Positions 24,112 to 36,460 of a DNA stretch of 64,000 bases are shown piece after piece. Under the pieces are notes generated by a model. The model worked only from the letters and a program-made list of their open reading frames with translations, searched no databases and was not told where the DNA came from. The DNA lies in the NCBI GenBank assembly GCA_039961715.1, contig JABRVW010000009.1:1211-65210 (forward strand), given 5' to 3'. The position numbers were made by a program, and so were the translations under genes. The DNA is from Ignavibacterium sp. GTDB lineage: Bacteria; Bacteroidota; Ignavibacteria; UBA10030. Position 1 is the first letter of the stretch; every line of letters begins with the position of its first letter.

Positions 24112-25339
24112 GAATATCGCTCAACTCGTGACTGTCCGGAGCAACGGAGCGCGTGCGAAGACGGCCGGGGAAATGAGCGATCTCGGTGTGATTGAAAACG
24201 CGTCTGTTCTGATGGAGGACGGGGTGTTTCGCTGGATTGGCGGGCCAAACGACAAATCCCCGAAGCTCAGTGAGGACGTGACCGTGGTCGATGCTTCCAA
24301 AAAGATTGCCCTGCCGGGGTTTGTCGATTCTCACACCCACCTTGTGTTTGCGGGAAGCCGCGAGGACGAATTCGCGATGCGGGCCGGGGGGAAAACCTAT
24401 CAACAGATTGCCGAGCAGGGCGGTGGAATCCTCAGCACGGTGAGGGACACGCGGCATGCCTCAAAGCGCGAGCTCAAGCAACTCGCGCGCCGGCGCCTCG
24501 ACGCCATGTTACAGCACGGCACCACGACCGTCGAGATTAAGTCCGGTTATGGGCTTGACGAGGAATCCGAGATCAAGATGCTGGAATGCATTCAGGAACT
24601 CGCCAGGGAACAATACTCCACCATCGTTGCCACGTTTCTCGGCGCGCATGCGTTCCCCCCGGAATTTCGCAATTCGCGGGAAGCCTACATCGACCTCATT
24701 TGCGACCGCATGCTTCCGTACATCGGGAAGCGGAGTTTGGCGCAATTTTGCGACGTCTTCTGCGACACGGGCTATTTCTCCGTGGACCAATCGCGGCGAA
24801 TTCTTGAAAAAGCCCGCGAACTGGGCCTCGGCATCAAGGTCCACGCTGAAGAGCTGGCGCCGTCCGGAGGATCGGCGCTTGCCGCCGGGCTGCGTGCCGT
24901 TTCCGCAGACCACCTGGAGCATATCGACGACGCGTCGATCGGCCTCCTGAAGAGCGCGGGAGTTGTCGCCACACTGCTCCCGGGTGTCTCGTTCTTCCTT
25001 AATCACGGCTACGCGCCTGCCAGGAAATTGATCGATGCAGGCGTTCCCGTGGCCATCGCGAGCGACTTCAACCCAGGCTCCTGCATGTCCTTCAGCATGC
25101 CGCTGATGATGACCATTGCCTGCACGCACATGGGCATGACACCCGAGGAGGCCATCACAGCATCGACCCTTAACGCCGCGGCGGCTCTGAACCTGTCACA
25201 GGATTACGGCAGTATTGAGACCGGGAAGAAGGCCGATATTGTTTTGTATGATGTGCCGAATTATCGTTATCTTGCGTATCACTTCGGCACCAACCACGTT
25301 TCGCTCATTGTCAAGCACGGAGTCATTCTCGAATTCTGA
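24092..25339 (+). CDS. hutI: Imidazolonepropionase
   Basis: LPGFVDSHTHLVFAG metal-binding motif and amidohydrolase-fold length. The start is ambiguous (24074, 24092 or 24104). Confidence 0.92.
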   Translation: MHQLMLKNIAQLVTVRSNGARAKTAGEMSDLGVIENASVLMEDGVFRWIGGPNDKSPKLSEDVTVVDASKKIALPGFVDSHTHLVFAGSREDEFAMRAGGKTYQQIAEQGGGILSTVRDTRHASKRELKQLARRRLDAMLQHGTTTVEIKSGYGLDEESEIKMLECIQELAREQYSTIVATFLGAHAFPPEFRNSREAYIDLICDRMLPYIGKRSLAQFCDVFCDTGYFSVDQSRRILEKARELGLGIKVHAEELAPSGGSALAAGLRAVSADHLEHIDDASIGLLKSAGVVATLLPGVSFFLNHGYAPARKLIDAGVPVAIASDFNPGSCMSFSMPLMMTIACTHMGMTPEEAITASTLNAAAALNLSQDYGSIETGKKADIVLYDVPNYRYLAYHFGTNHVSLIVKHGVILEF

Positions 25340-26358
25340 TGAAGCCATTGGTCGAATGCGTACCCAATTTCAGCGAAGGCAGGAATCAGGCGACAATTGA
25401 TGCCCTTGGTGAGGCGGTCCGCGCCGTGGCCGGCGTGAAACTGCTCGGTATCGAACCCGACAAGGATTACAATCGCTGTGTGGTCACGTTTGTAGGATCT
25501 CCCGACGGCATCGTGGAAGCCGCGTTCCGCGCCACAAAGACGGCATCGGAGCTCATTGACATGACGTCCCACAGGGGTGAACATCCCAGAATAGGAGCCA
25601 CGGATGTCGTTCCGTTTATTCCAATTTCCGGCGTTTCCATGGAGGACTGTGTCGTCCTGGCGCGCAGGTACGGCGAACGCGTTGCCCGCGAACTCGCGAT
25701 TCCGGTGTATCTGTACGAATACGCGGCGTCGCGTCCGGAGCGTCGCAATCTTGCCGACATCCGGAAGGGAGAATATGAGGGGTTGAAGGAAAAACTGGCC
25801 GATCCGGTCTGGAAACCCGACTTTGGGACAGCGACGTTTAATGCGAAATCCGGAGCCACGGTCACGGGAGCACGGAAATTCCTTATCGCATACAACGTGA
25901 ACTTGAACACCCCCGACCCGAAGATCGCACACGAGATCGCGTTGCGGATCCGCGAAGCGGGACGACCCAAGAAAGACGCCGAGGGCAACACCGTGAAAGA
26001 TGAACAAGGACGGACCGTGAAGATTCCCGGCACGCTCAAGGCGGTCAAGGCCATGGGGGTGTTTCTGGAGAGATTCAATATCGCGCAGGTGTCGATCAAT
26101 CTTGTCGATTTTGAGGTCACACCTCCCCACGTTGCGTTCGAAGAGGTGCGAAAGCAGGCGAAGACCCTTGGTGTTGAGGCCACGGGAAGTGAAATTGTCG
26201 GATTGACACCGAAGGAAGCGCTTCTTGCCGCCGGACGTTTTTACGCGCCCGATGAACAGGAGGAAAGAAGGCTGATCGAAGTTGCGATTGAGAAGCTTGG
26301 ATTGAGCCGGTTGGAGAAGTTCGATCCGAAAAAGAAGATCATTGAAGAACAGGTTTAA
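25339..26358 (+). CDS. Glutamate formimidoyltransferase (FtcD N-terminal half as a separate protein)
   Basis: MKPLVECVPNFSEGRN is the hallmark N-terminus. The start shares 1 nt with the hutI stop (TGATG). Confidence 0.9.
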   Translation: MKPLVECVPNFSEGRNQATIDALGEAVRAVAGVKLLGIEPDKDYNRCVVTFVGSPDGIVEAAFRATKTASELIDMTSHRGEHPRIGATDVVPFIPISGVSMEDCVVLARRYGERVARELAIPVYLYEYAASRPERRNLADIRKGEYEGLKEKLADPVWKPDFGTATFNAKSGATVTGARKFLIAYNVNLNTPDPKIAHEIALRIREAGRPKKDAEGNTVKDEQGRTVKIPGTLKAVKAMGVFLERFNIAQVSINLVDFEVTPPHVAFEEVRKQAKTLGVEATGSEIVGLTPKEALLAAGRFYAPDEQEERRLIEVAIEKLGLSRLEKFDPKKKIIEEQV

Positions 26359-26404
26359 GGTTTCAGAGTTTGAGGTTCACAGTTCAAGGTTCGAGGTGAA
26401 AAGG
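26359..26404. repeat. Six tandem GTTCAAG-type units
   Basis: GTTTCAGA GTTTGAG GTTCACA GTTCAAG GTTCGAG GTGAAAA begins right after the TAA stop at 26358. Confidence 0.75.
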
Positions 26405-26453
26405 CTGGTTGAACTTGGAAGATTATGACTTGAACCGATTGCCATTCCCGAGG

Positions 26454-27086
26454 ATGCCCATGCTTGCCCTGAAGACTGTCAGCGATTTCATCGATAGCGT
26501 TGCTTCCGACTCCCCGGCGCCAGGTGGAGGAAGCGTGTCGGCGCTTGCGGGAGCGCTTGGCGCTGCGCTCACTGCGATGGTATGTCATCTAACCATCGGA
26601 AAAAAGAAATACGAAGATGTCCAGGCTGAAATGATCGGTCTTCTGGGCCAGGCAGACGAGCTCAAGGCACGACTGACAAGCCTGATCGATCAGGACACCG
26701 AGGCGTTCAACCGCGTAATGGAGGCGTTCGGCATGCCGCGTACCACGGAGGCAGAGAAAGAGAGGCGCAGTACGGCGATTCAGGAGGCGACGAAGCAGGC
26801 GACCCTGGTGCCTTTGGAAGTGATGAAGCTTGCCGAACGTGCGTTGACGCTGGCGAAATCTGTGGCAGAGAAGGGAAACGTGAATTCGATCTCCGACGCC
26901 GGCGTGGCGGGCCTGATGCTGAGAGCGGCGTGCGAGGGGGCGGCGCTGAACGTGAGGATCAATCTGGCAACCCTTAAAGACGGTCAGTTTGTGGCGGAAA
27001 CGCGGGCGCTCATGGACGCCATTGCCACGAATGTGGAAGTGCTGGCAGACGGTCTCCGGAAACGGGTGGAAACCGTGTTGAGCTAG
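26454..27086 (+). CDS. Formiminotetrahydrofolate cyclodeaminase (FtcD C-terminal half as a separate protein)
   Basis: SPAPGGGSVSALAGALGAAL is the cyclodeaminase signature. The start is uncertain (TTG at 26409, ATG at 26454 or 26460). Confidence 0.85.
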   Translation: MPMLALKTVSDFIDSVASDSPAPGGGSVSALAGALGAALTAMVCHLTIGKKKYEDVQAEMIGLLGQADELKARLTSLIDQDTEAFNRVMEAFGMPRTTEAEKERRSTAIQEATKQATLVPLEVMKLAERALTLAKSVAEKGNVNSISDAGVAGLMLRAACEGAALNVRINLATLKDGQFVAETRALMDAIATNVEVLADGLRKRVETVLS

Positions 27087-28531
27087 GTCCGCCAGAACGT
27101 CCGGCTGAAGAGAACAAACACGGTAAAGAGCTCAAGTCGGCCAAGGATCATACAGGCATCCAGCAACCATTTTGCAGGGTCGCTCAAACCAGCATAGTTC
27201 GCCATCGGTCCAACCGTCCCTAGCCCCGGGCCAATATTGGCCATGGAAGCGGCTACTGCGCTCATCGCGGTCACCATGTCCGGACCCATCGCGGTCAGCA
27301 GAATGGTAGCCGTGGAAAATGTCACGAGGTAGAGAATAATGAAGCCTGCTATCGTGAACATCGTCTCCTGTTCCACCGGCTTCTTGTTCAATTGAATGGG
27401 GACCACGACACTGGGATGGAGCAACCGCTTGAGCTCAATCGCTCCAGCCTTGAGAAGCAACAGCACCCTCACGTTTTTCATTCCGCCACCCGTCGACCCC
27501 GAACACGCTCCTGGAAACATCAGGAAGAGGAGAACAACCTGAGCCAGGGGGGCCCAAACAGCAAAGTCCGCCGTCGCAAATCCCGTACAGGACATGACTG
27601 TCATCACGTTAAATGCAGCGAATCGGAATCCCTGGACCAGGTCGCCATCATACTCCTGCGGGACGAGCACCGTCATAACGACGGCAACGGCAACGAGAAA
27701 GGTGATGACAAAAAAACGGAATTCCTGGTCACGAAAATACTCCCATCGGCCGCGAATTGCCCGATAGTGGAGGGCGAAGCTGGTGCCGCCGACAAACATA
27801 AAGAACGTCACCACGGCATCCACGAAAGGCGAGTCAAACGCCGCAATGCTTGCATTCCTTGTGGAGAATCCGCCGGTCGAAATTGTTGCAAAGGAGTGGC
27901 AGATCGCGTCAAACAGCGACATCCCGCCTGCCATGAGGAATCCTGTTTGGAGGATGGTGAGAAGAACATAGATCCCCCATAAAAGGCGTGCTGTTTCGGC
28001 AACGCGGGGAGTCAGTTTATCCTTCGTCGGTCCGGCAACCTCGGCCCGGAACAACTGCATTCCGCCGATTCCCAGCAAGGGGAGGATTGCCAGGGAGAGA
28101 ACGATGATTCCCATTCCCCCCATCCAATGGGTCAACGCTCTCCAGAACAGAATCGACTTTGTGAGCGACTCGACATCTGTGAAAATGGAAGCCCCCGTCG
28201 TCGTAAAGCCCGACACGCTCTCAAAATAGGCATCGGTCAATGACGAAGTCGATCCTGTCAGGAGGAATGGAAGGCTGCCAAACAACGGGATGATGATCCA
28301 TGAGAGGGTGACAATTGCGAAGCCTTCACGCGCCCTTAGTTCCTCCTTCTGAAATCTCCGGATGAACACGGTCAAGAGGGTCCCGGTCCCAAGAGTTACA
28401 AGAACGGAAACCAGAAGGGCCTGAAGGTCCCCTTCCCCATAGTACAGGGCTACGGGAATGCAGGAGGCCATTGCAATGCCGGTCGCAAGAATCAGAAATC
28501 CGAGGACACCGACAACGGGGAGGATTCGCAT
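27083..28531 (-). CDS. trkH: Trk-type potassium uptake protein TrkH
   Basis: Polytopic membrane protein with TrkH-like repeated pore-loop regions (GFTTTGAS, STGGFS, CTGFAT, STGGGMK). Confidence 0.9.
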   Translation of the reverse strand: MRILPVVGVLGFLILATGIAMASCIPVALYYGEGDLQALLVSVLVTLGTGTLLTVFIRRFQKEELRAREGFAIVTLSWIIIPLFGSLPFLLTGSTSSLTDAYFESVSGFTTTGASIFTDVESLTKSILFWRALTHWMGGMGIIVLSLAILPLLGIGGMQLFRAEVAGPTKDKLTPRVAETARLLWGIYVLLTILQTGFLMAGGMSLFDAICHSFATISTGGFSTRNASIAAFDSPFVDAVVTFFMFVGGTSFALHYRAIRGRWEYFRDQEFRFFVITFLVAVAVVMTVLVPQEYDGDLVQGFRFAAFNVMTVMSCTGFATADFAVWAPLAQVVLLFLMFPGACSGSTGGGMKNVRVLLLLKAGAIELKRLLHPSVVVPIQLNKKPVEQETMFTIAGFIILYLVTFSTATILLTAMGPDMVTAMSAVAASMANIGPGLGTVGPMANYAGLSDPAKWLLDACMILGRLELFTVFVLFSRTFWRT

Positions 28532-28569
28532 AAAGATATGGACGGTCTGAAGATGACGGTCAGCATTGG

Positions 28570-29913
28570 TTAGCTGAAAAACTTCTCCACGTCACGGAGA
28601 GCGGTAGGAAGGGTGAATACGACGACGCGATCCTGCGGCAGAATGCGGGACGATCCGACAGGGATGGTCACCGTCCCGTTGTGTATGACACAGCCGATGA
28701 TCGCGCCATCGGGAAATTTGAGATCACGCAAGGGTTTTTTCGTAACCGAGGAGCCCTTTTGTGCAACCATCTCAATGACCTCGGCATCAACACCGTGGAG
28801 TGTCGCAACGGAAACAATCTGGCCTCTTCGCACGAATTTCAGAATCTCGTTTGCCGCAGAGAGCTTCTTGTTCACCAGCGCATCGATGCCAATGGTGTTT
28901 GCCAGCGGGATGTAATCAAGCTTTTCAACGTGCGCAATGGTCTTCTTCACGCCGAGATGCTTCGCCATCAGGCATGAGATGATGTTGTCTTCCTCATCCT
29001 TCGTGACCGCAATGTAGGCATCCATGTCCACAATGCCCTCGGCGGCCAGCAGATCCAGATCCTTCCCCTCTCCGCGTATGACCATCGCTTTGTCAAGAAC
29101 ATTTGCGAGCTTCACAGCCTCTCCTTTGCTGGATTCGATGAGCTTGACGGAAACGTCATCCTGCAGCTCCTCAGCCACGCGCAAGCCGATTCCCTTTCCC
29201 CCGAGGATCATGATGTTCTCAAACCGTACCGACTCCTTGCCCGACAGCTTGATCATTTCGGGAACGGCCTCGGATTTGGATATGACGAAGATCTGATCCC
29301 CCCGCCGGAACACATCGTCGCCCGTTGGAATGATTGTCCGGATCCCGCGGCTGATCGCCACGGCCCGGAACGGAAGCTCCGGATACTCCGTCGTCACATC
29401 CTTCAGCTTCTTGTTGATCAGCGGACTGTCCAGGTCCAGCTTCAGGCCAAGAATCTGGATTCTTCCGTCCGCGAACTCCAGCACATCGGTCGCGGCAGAC
29501 CGGCGGATCAAACGCACAATCTCACGCGCCGCGAGCACGTCGGGCGAAATCACCAGATCAAATCCAAGCTCTTGCGCCTTTTTCGCAACGTCGTCCCCTA
29601 ACACCTCTTCGGGCTCGTCCAGCCGGACGATCTTCTTCTTTGCCCCAAGCGATCCCGCCAGCATGCAGGCAGTGAAATTCACGGTGTCGAGCGATGTCAC
29701 CGCAATCATCATGTCCGCATTGGCCACGCCGGCTTCCCTCAGGACGCTGGACTTCGCGCCGTTTCCCTGAACGGTCATGACGTCCAGACCTTCTCTCACG
29801 CGGGCAAGCCTGTCCGCGTCGCGGTCAATGACAACGATGTCGTTCCCCTCGACTGACAGAAGCCTTGCCAGATGAAGCCCCACCTCTCCAACGCCCATGA
29901 TAATGATTTTCAA
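28570..29913 (-). CDS. trkA: Trk system potassium uptake protein TrkA
   Basis: Two RCK/NAD-binding repeats (MKIIIMGVGEVG...; IMILGGKGIG). TTG start. Confidence 0.92.
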   Translation of the reverse strand: MKIIIMGVGEVGLHLARLLSVEGNDIVVIDRDADRLARVREGLDVMTVQGNGAKSSVLREAGVANADMMIAVTSLDTVNFTACMLAGSLGAKKKIVRLDEPEEVLGDDVAKKAQELGFDLVISPDVLAAREIVRLIRRSAATDVLEFADGRIQILGLKLDLDSPLINKKLKDVTTEYPELPFRAVAISRGIRTIIPTGDDVFRRGDQIFVISKSEAVPEMIKLSGKESVRFENIMILGGKGIGLRVAEELQDDVSVKLIESSKGEAVKLANVLDKAMVIRGEGKDLDLLAAEGIVDMDAYIAVTKDEEDNIISCLMAKHLGVKKTIAHVEKLDYIPLANTIGIDALVNKKLSAANEILKFVRRGQIVSVATLHGVDAEVIEMVAQKGSSVTKKPLRDLKFPDGAIIGCVIHNGTVTIPVGSSRILPQDRVVVFTLPTALRDVEKFFS

Positions 29914-29930
29914 GTTACACCCTTGGGAAG

Positions 29931-29965
29931 ATTCTCAATTTCCAATTTCAGAATTGCCAGTTTGT
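29931..29965. repeat. ATTTCNA-type heptamer tract upstream of trkA
   Basis: ATTCTCA ATTTCCA ATTTCAG AATTGCC AGTTTGT lies in the 55-bp spacer between the rsmE stop and the trkA start. Confidence 0.5.
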
Positions 29966-29968
29966 CCC

Positions 29969-30685
29969 TCACATCCCCCCCACAATCCAGCTCACGCCCG
30001 AGATCGCCGCAGTTTCCGAGCGCAGCCGCCGCGGACCGAGAGAGACCGGAATGAATCCGTTTCCCGCCGCCAACTCGATCTCTTCGGGAGTCAATCCACC
30101 CTCAGGCCCCACGACAAGCAAAACAGACCTCGCATCCTTATGATGCTGGAGGAGCGATCCGAGAAACTGCGATTGCTCAGTCTGCTCATGCGCCACAAGC
30201 TTCAAGGAAAACCGGTCTGCACTCCGGACAAGCGTATCAAATTTCGTGAGAACAAACATGGTAGGCAAGATGCTTCGACCACATTGTTTCAGGGCGGAAA
30301 CCGCAATTCTCTCCAAACGGGCGTGTTTTTCGTGCTTTGGAATGGTTCGCTCACACAGCAGGGGAATGATGGTGGTCACACCCAACTCGGTCGTTTTCTC
30401 GATCATCGTGTCGAATCGCGAGGGATTCCGAAGAAGCGAAACGGCAATGGTCACTTCAATGCGCGGTTCGTTCCAACGTTCGTGCGCGGCCACGATTGTG
30501 CACTCGGCGGCGGAGCGCGAGAAAGACCGGATGATCACATCATACATCGTTCCCTTTCCGTCTGTCACAAACACATGATCGCCCGCCTTCTTCCGGAGCA
30601 CACGGCTCAGATGTTTATACTCCTCGCCTTCCAAGATAATCACATTCCCGTGAATCTGATCCGGACGAACGAGAAAGAAATCCAT
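29969..30685 (-). CDS. rsmE: 16S rRNA (uracil1498-N3)-methyltransferase RsmE
   Basis: MDFFLVRPDQI...EGEEYKHLSRVLRKKAGD and the C-terminal SPOUT region (VVGPEGGLTPEEI, LGPRRLRSETA). I chose the ATG at 30685, which shares 1 nt with the upstream stop (TAATG). Confidence 0.85.
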   Translation of the reverse strand: MDFFLVRPDQIHGNVIILEGEEYKHLSRVLRKKAGDHVFVTDGKGTMYDVIIRSFSRSAAECTIVAAHERWNEPRIEVTIAVSLLRNPSRFDTMIEKTTELGVTTIIPLLCERTIPKHEKHARLERIAVSALKQCGRSILPTMFVLTKFDTLVRSADRFSLKLVAHEQTEQSQFLGSLLQHHKDARSVLLVVGPEGGLTPEEIELAAGNGFIPVSLGPRRLRSETAAISGVSWIVGGM

Positions 30686-31983
30686 TAAAACGATACTCCC
30701 ACATCCAGAATGGCTTCCGCCCGCCCCTCGGGATTCATCGCCATCTCCGTGCGGACGATGAGGCTGTACGGCAAGAGAATATGCAGGCCGGCGCCGAATC
30801 CGGAGTACCAATGCCGTCCACCGTACGTCTCGCTCCGGAACCAACTCTTTCCGGCATCCGCAAATACGGCGACATACAGGCCATAGCGCAAGAGACTGAA
30901 CTCCGGCAGGGGCGACCAGTCGACCTCTGCATAGCGCGGGGAGAGAATCGGCACGCGGAGCTCAAGATTGGCCCCGAGGAGATTCTCCCCTTCCAGCACC
31001 CTGTGAAAATATCCGCGGATGCGTTCGCGGTAGCCGAAATAGACATACCGGTACGCCGGCACGGGTCCACCGGAAGAAAACTGGCCGTGGCTGCGGGCGG
31101 CAAGAATGAGCCCGGACGGCAGAGGGACGAAGAGGCTCGCATCGGCGCCGTAGCGGAAGAAATCGACTGCCGAGCCGCCGAATCCGTACTTCATCGTGTT
31201 CAAGTAAATCATCGCCCCCTTCGTGGGATACTCACGGATGTCACGAGTATCATACGTGAAATTCAGACCGGCAGAAAAGAACTCATCGCGCCCGCCTGGA
31301 GTCAACGTTCCTCCTGCAATCTCGTCCGAAACCTTCCAGAGCTCGTAGCCTCCATTTGTCTGGAGCAACGAGTACAATCCGAAACGCTTTCCGAGCGTCA
31401 GCAGAATGCTTTGCGTGTGTTGTTGATACAGGCCGCGGTCGGGACTGAGATTCTGCTCACGGGCGGCGGACAGCGACACACGGAAGAACACATCGTCGTA
31501 ACCGATAAGGTTGGGCGTCTGATAAATCATCTGAACCCACCGGTCGAATCCCAGGGCGAACTGGAAGATGAGCTTCTCGTTCCTTCCCCGAAAATTGACA
31601 TGAGCCACGCCAAGCCCGTAGTAGAAATTGTCGAAATCGCGGTGCTTGAACCCAACGATGGGGTAGGGATAGAGATACCATCGCTCGTGGACGCGCACGG
31701 TCAGATCCGCGAACTTCCCATCGATCGCTTGATCGATCGTCACCCGGTTGAACAACCCGAGGCTGTAAATTCTCGATTCATCGTACGAAAGCTGATCGGC
31801 ATTAAGCGTGTCGCCTGGCCGGGTACTCATTTCGCGCGTGATCACGAAGTCCTTCGTCGTCTCATTCCCTTCAATGCGGATCGAGCGCACGATCTGGATG
31901 TCTCCGTTCGGGGGGGATTGTGCGGGAAGAGAGGCCCCGGGAATCAGGAGCGCCAGGAGTATGAAAGAAGTCCGGTGTCTCAC
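30685..31983 (-). CDS. Omp85-family outer-membrane protein (single POTRA plus beta-barrel)
   Basis: Signal peptide, a POTRA-like segment (IRIEGNETTKDFVITREM...GDTLNADQL) and a barrel ending ...LDVGVSF. GTG start. Confidence 0.75.
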   Translation of the reverse strand: MRHRTSFILLALLIPGASLPAQSPPNGDIQIVRSIRIEGNETTKDFVITREMSTRPGDTLNADQLSYDESRIYSLGLFNRVTIDQAIDGKFADLTVRVHERWYLYPYPIVGFKHRDFDNFYYGLGVAHVNFRGRNEKLIFQFALGFDRWVQMIYQTPNLIGYDDVFFRVSLSAAREQNLSPDRGLYQQHTQSILLTLGKRFGLYSLLQTNGGYELWKVSDEIAGGTLTPGGRDEFFSAGLNFTYDTRDIREYPTKGAMIYLNTMKYGFGGSAVDFFRYGADASLFVPLPSGLILAARSHGQFSSGGPVPAYRYVYFGYRERIRGYFHRVLEGENLLGANLELRVPILSPRYAEVDWSPLPEFSLLRYGLYVAVFADAGKSWFRSETYGGRHWYSGFGAGLHILLPYSLIVRTEMAMNPEGRAEAILDVGVSF

Positions 31984-32217
31984 ATTCGATGATCGATGGC
32001 TGGCCCGAGAAGGCCCGGATGATTCAGCAGAGTGTTAAAAAAGAAAAAACCACGAAGACACCAAGAACACAACATGACACCAGGTATGTCTCTTTATTCA
32101 ATTTCGTTGCTTTTCTCTGGGTCTTTGTCCGTCGGCCTGTATGCGTATTCTGATCGGTCGGGCGGGCGTCTTGGTGGTTCAATCCCTTTCTTGAGAAGCG
32201 CTCTCTTCAATAGCCTG

Positions 32218-32625
32218 CTAGAGCAGTCTCCTGTGTTCCACAGCGATACAGCGATCCATGACAACCTGCATTCCGTGCTGTTCGGCCATTGCGGCGGCTT
32301 CCTCATGGACCACGTCAAGTTGAAGCCACAGCACTTTTGCTTTGATCTTGATGGCCTCGTCGACGATCCCGGGGACGGCCTCGGACCGCCGGAACACATC
32401 CACAATATCGATCGGGTCGGGGACGGAGACCAGATCCGGATAACAGGTTTTTCCAAGAACCGAGGGATAGCGGGGATTCACCGGATGGACGGTATAGCCG
32501 CGGTTCAGCAGGAAGCGCATGATGCGGTTTGCATCCCGCGCGGGGTTCTCCGAAGCCCCCACGAGAGCGATGGTTTTCGAGTCCCGGAGTATCTTCTCGA
32601 TGGTTGCGGCGTCCTCGACCGGCAT
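32218..32625 (-). CDS. CoA-binding domain protein (YccU-like)
   Basis: KTIALVGASENPARDANRIMRFLLNRGYTVHPVNP is the CoA-binding Rossmann-like pattern. Confidence 0.8.
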   Translation of the reverse strand: MPVEDAATIEKILRDSKTIALVGASENPARDANRIMRFLLNRGYTVHPVNPRYPSVLGKTCYPDLVSVPDPIDIVDVFRRSEAVPGIVDEAIKIKAKVLWLQLDVVHEEAAAMAEQHGMQVVMDRCIAVEHRRLL

Positions 32626-32695
32626 TGTTGGTCACCCTAAGATAAAGGCCCATATCATGAGGGTTTGATCAGGAAGATGTCGGGCTTCAGCATGG

Positions 32696-35586
<2,891 letters not shown>

Positions 35587-35590
<4 letters not shown>

Positions 35591-36432
35591 GATTTGGTCA
35601 TCTTCGGTTGAAAGTGTTCCAGCGCCCGGGCGGCCGCTGCCTGTTCTGCCTCCTTTTTGCTCTTGCCAAACCCCACTCCGCAGCGCTCCTGTCCCACGAA
35701 CACCTCGATTGTAAAGCGGCGGTCGTGATCCGGCCCTTCTTCACGGAGGATCACATAGCGCGGGATGCCGAGCCCTTCTGCCTGGGCGTACTCGAGGAGA
35801 GCACTCTTGTAATTGTCATCGGTCAGGGCTTCCTTGAGCGTCTGCGATCCAAGCAGAGTCCGTTCGACAAAGGCCCGTGCCCCCTCGATCCCGCCGTCGA
35901 GATACAGAGCCCCGATGATGGCCTCGAATGCGTCTGAGAGGATCGATTCCGATCCGTGATCCAGCGATTGCGCCGCGCTGGCGCTTAGGAGCAGGAAATC
36001 GGCCAGCTGAAGATCCCGGGAGGCTTGCGCGAGAATCTTCCGGTTCACGAGCCGCGAACGCAGTTTGGTCAGATCGCCCTCCTCCATATCCGGGTTGGTG
36101 GAATGAAGGTGCTCAGCGACCAGAAAATTCAGAACGGCGTCGCCCAGGAACTCCAGGCGTTCGTTGGAGTTCCAGCGTTCATTCAGTTGAGGGAGATACG
36201 ACCGGTGAAGAAGTGCCTCGATGAACAGGCGCGGGTCATGGGCTGTGTACCCGATCGTCCGCTGGAATCTGCGGAAGTCGAGCTGTTCCCGGATCGGTGG
36301 AGGAAGATTTTCAAATCCGGAAAAGCCGTTGTTCGGTTTTCCCCGCCTCGCGGTCACCCTTGGGGGTTTCGAGGAAAACCCCGACGTCTTCCGGGCAAAC
36401 AAGCCGAGGACGGCCTTTACAACGTTTCGCAC
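35587..36432 (-). CDS. rnc: Ribonuclease III (with a ~55-aa basic N-terminal extension)
   Basis: RNase III signature ERLEFLGDAVL. C-terminal dsRBD (FGKSKKEAEQAAA). Confidence 0.9.
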
Positions 36433-36460
36433 ATTGTTCCCGCCTCCTCCAGAAAATCCG

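Noticed and set aside
30781-31992. 403-aa plus-strand ORF opposite the small Omp85 gene
   Set aside because: An antisense GC-rich artefact. The minus frame has a signal peptide, a POTRA domain and a barrel with a terminal Phe.
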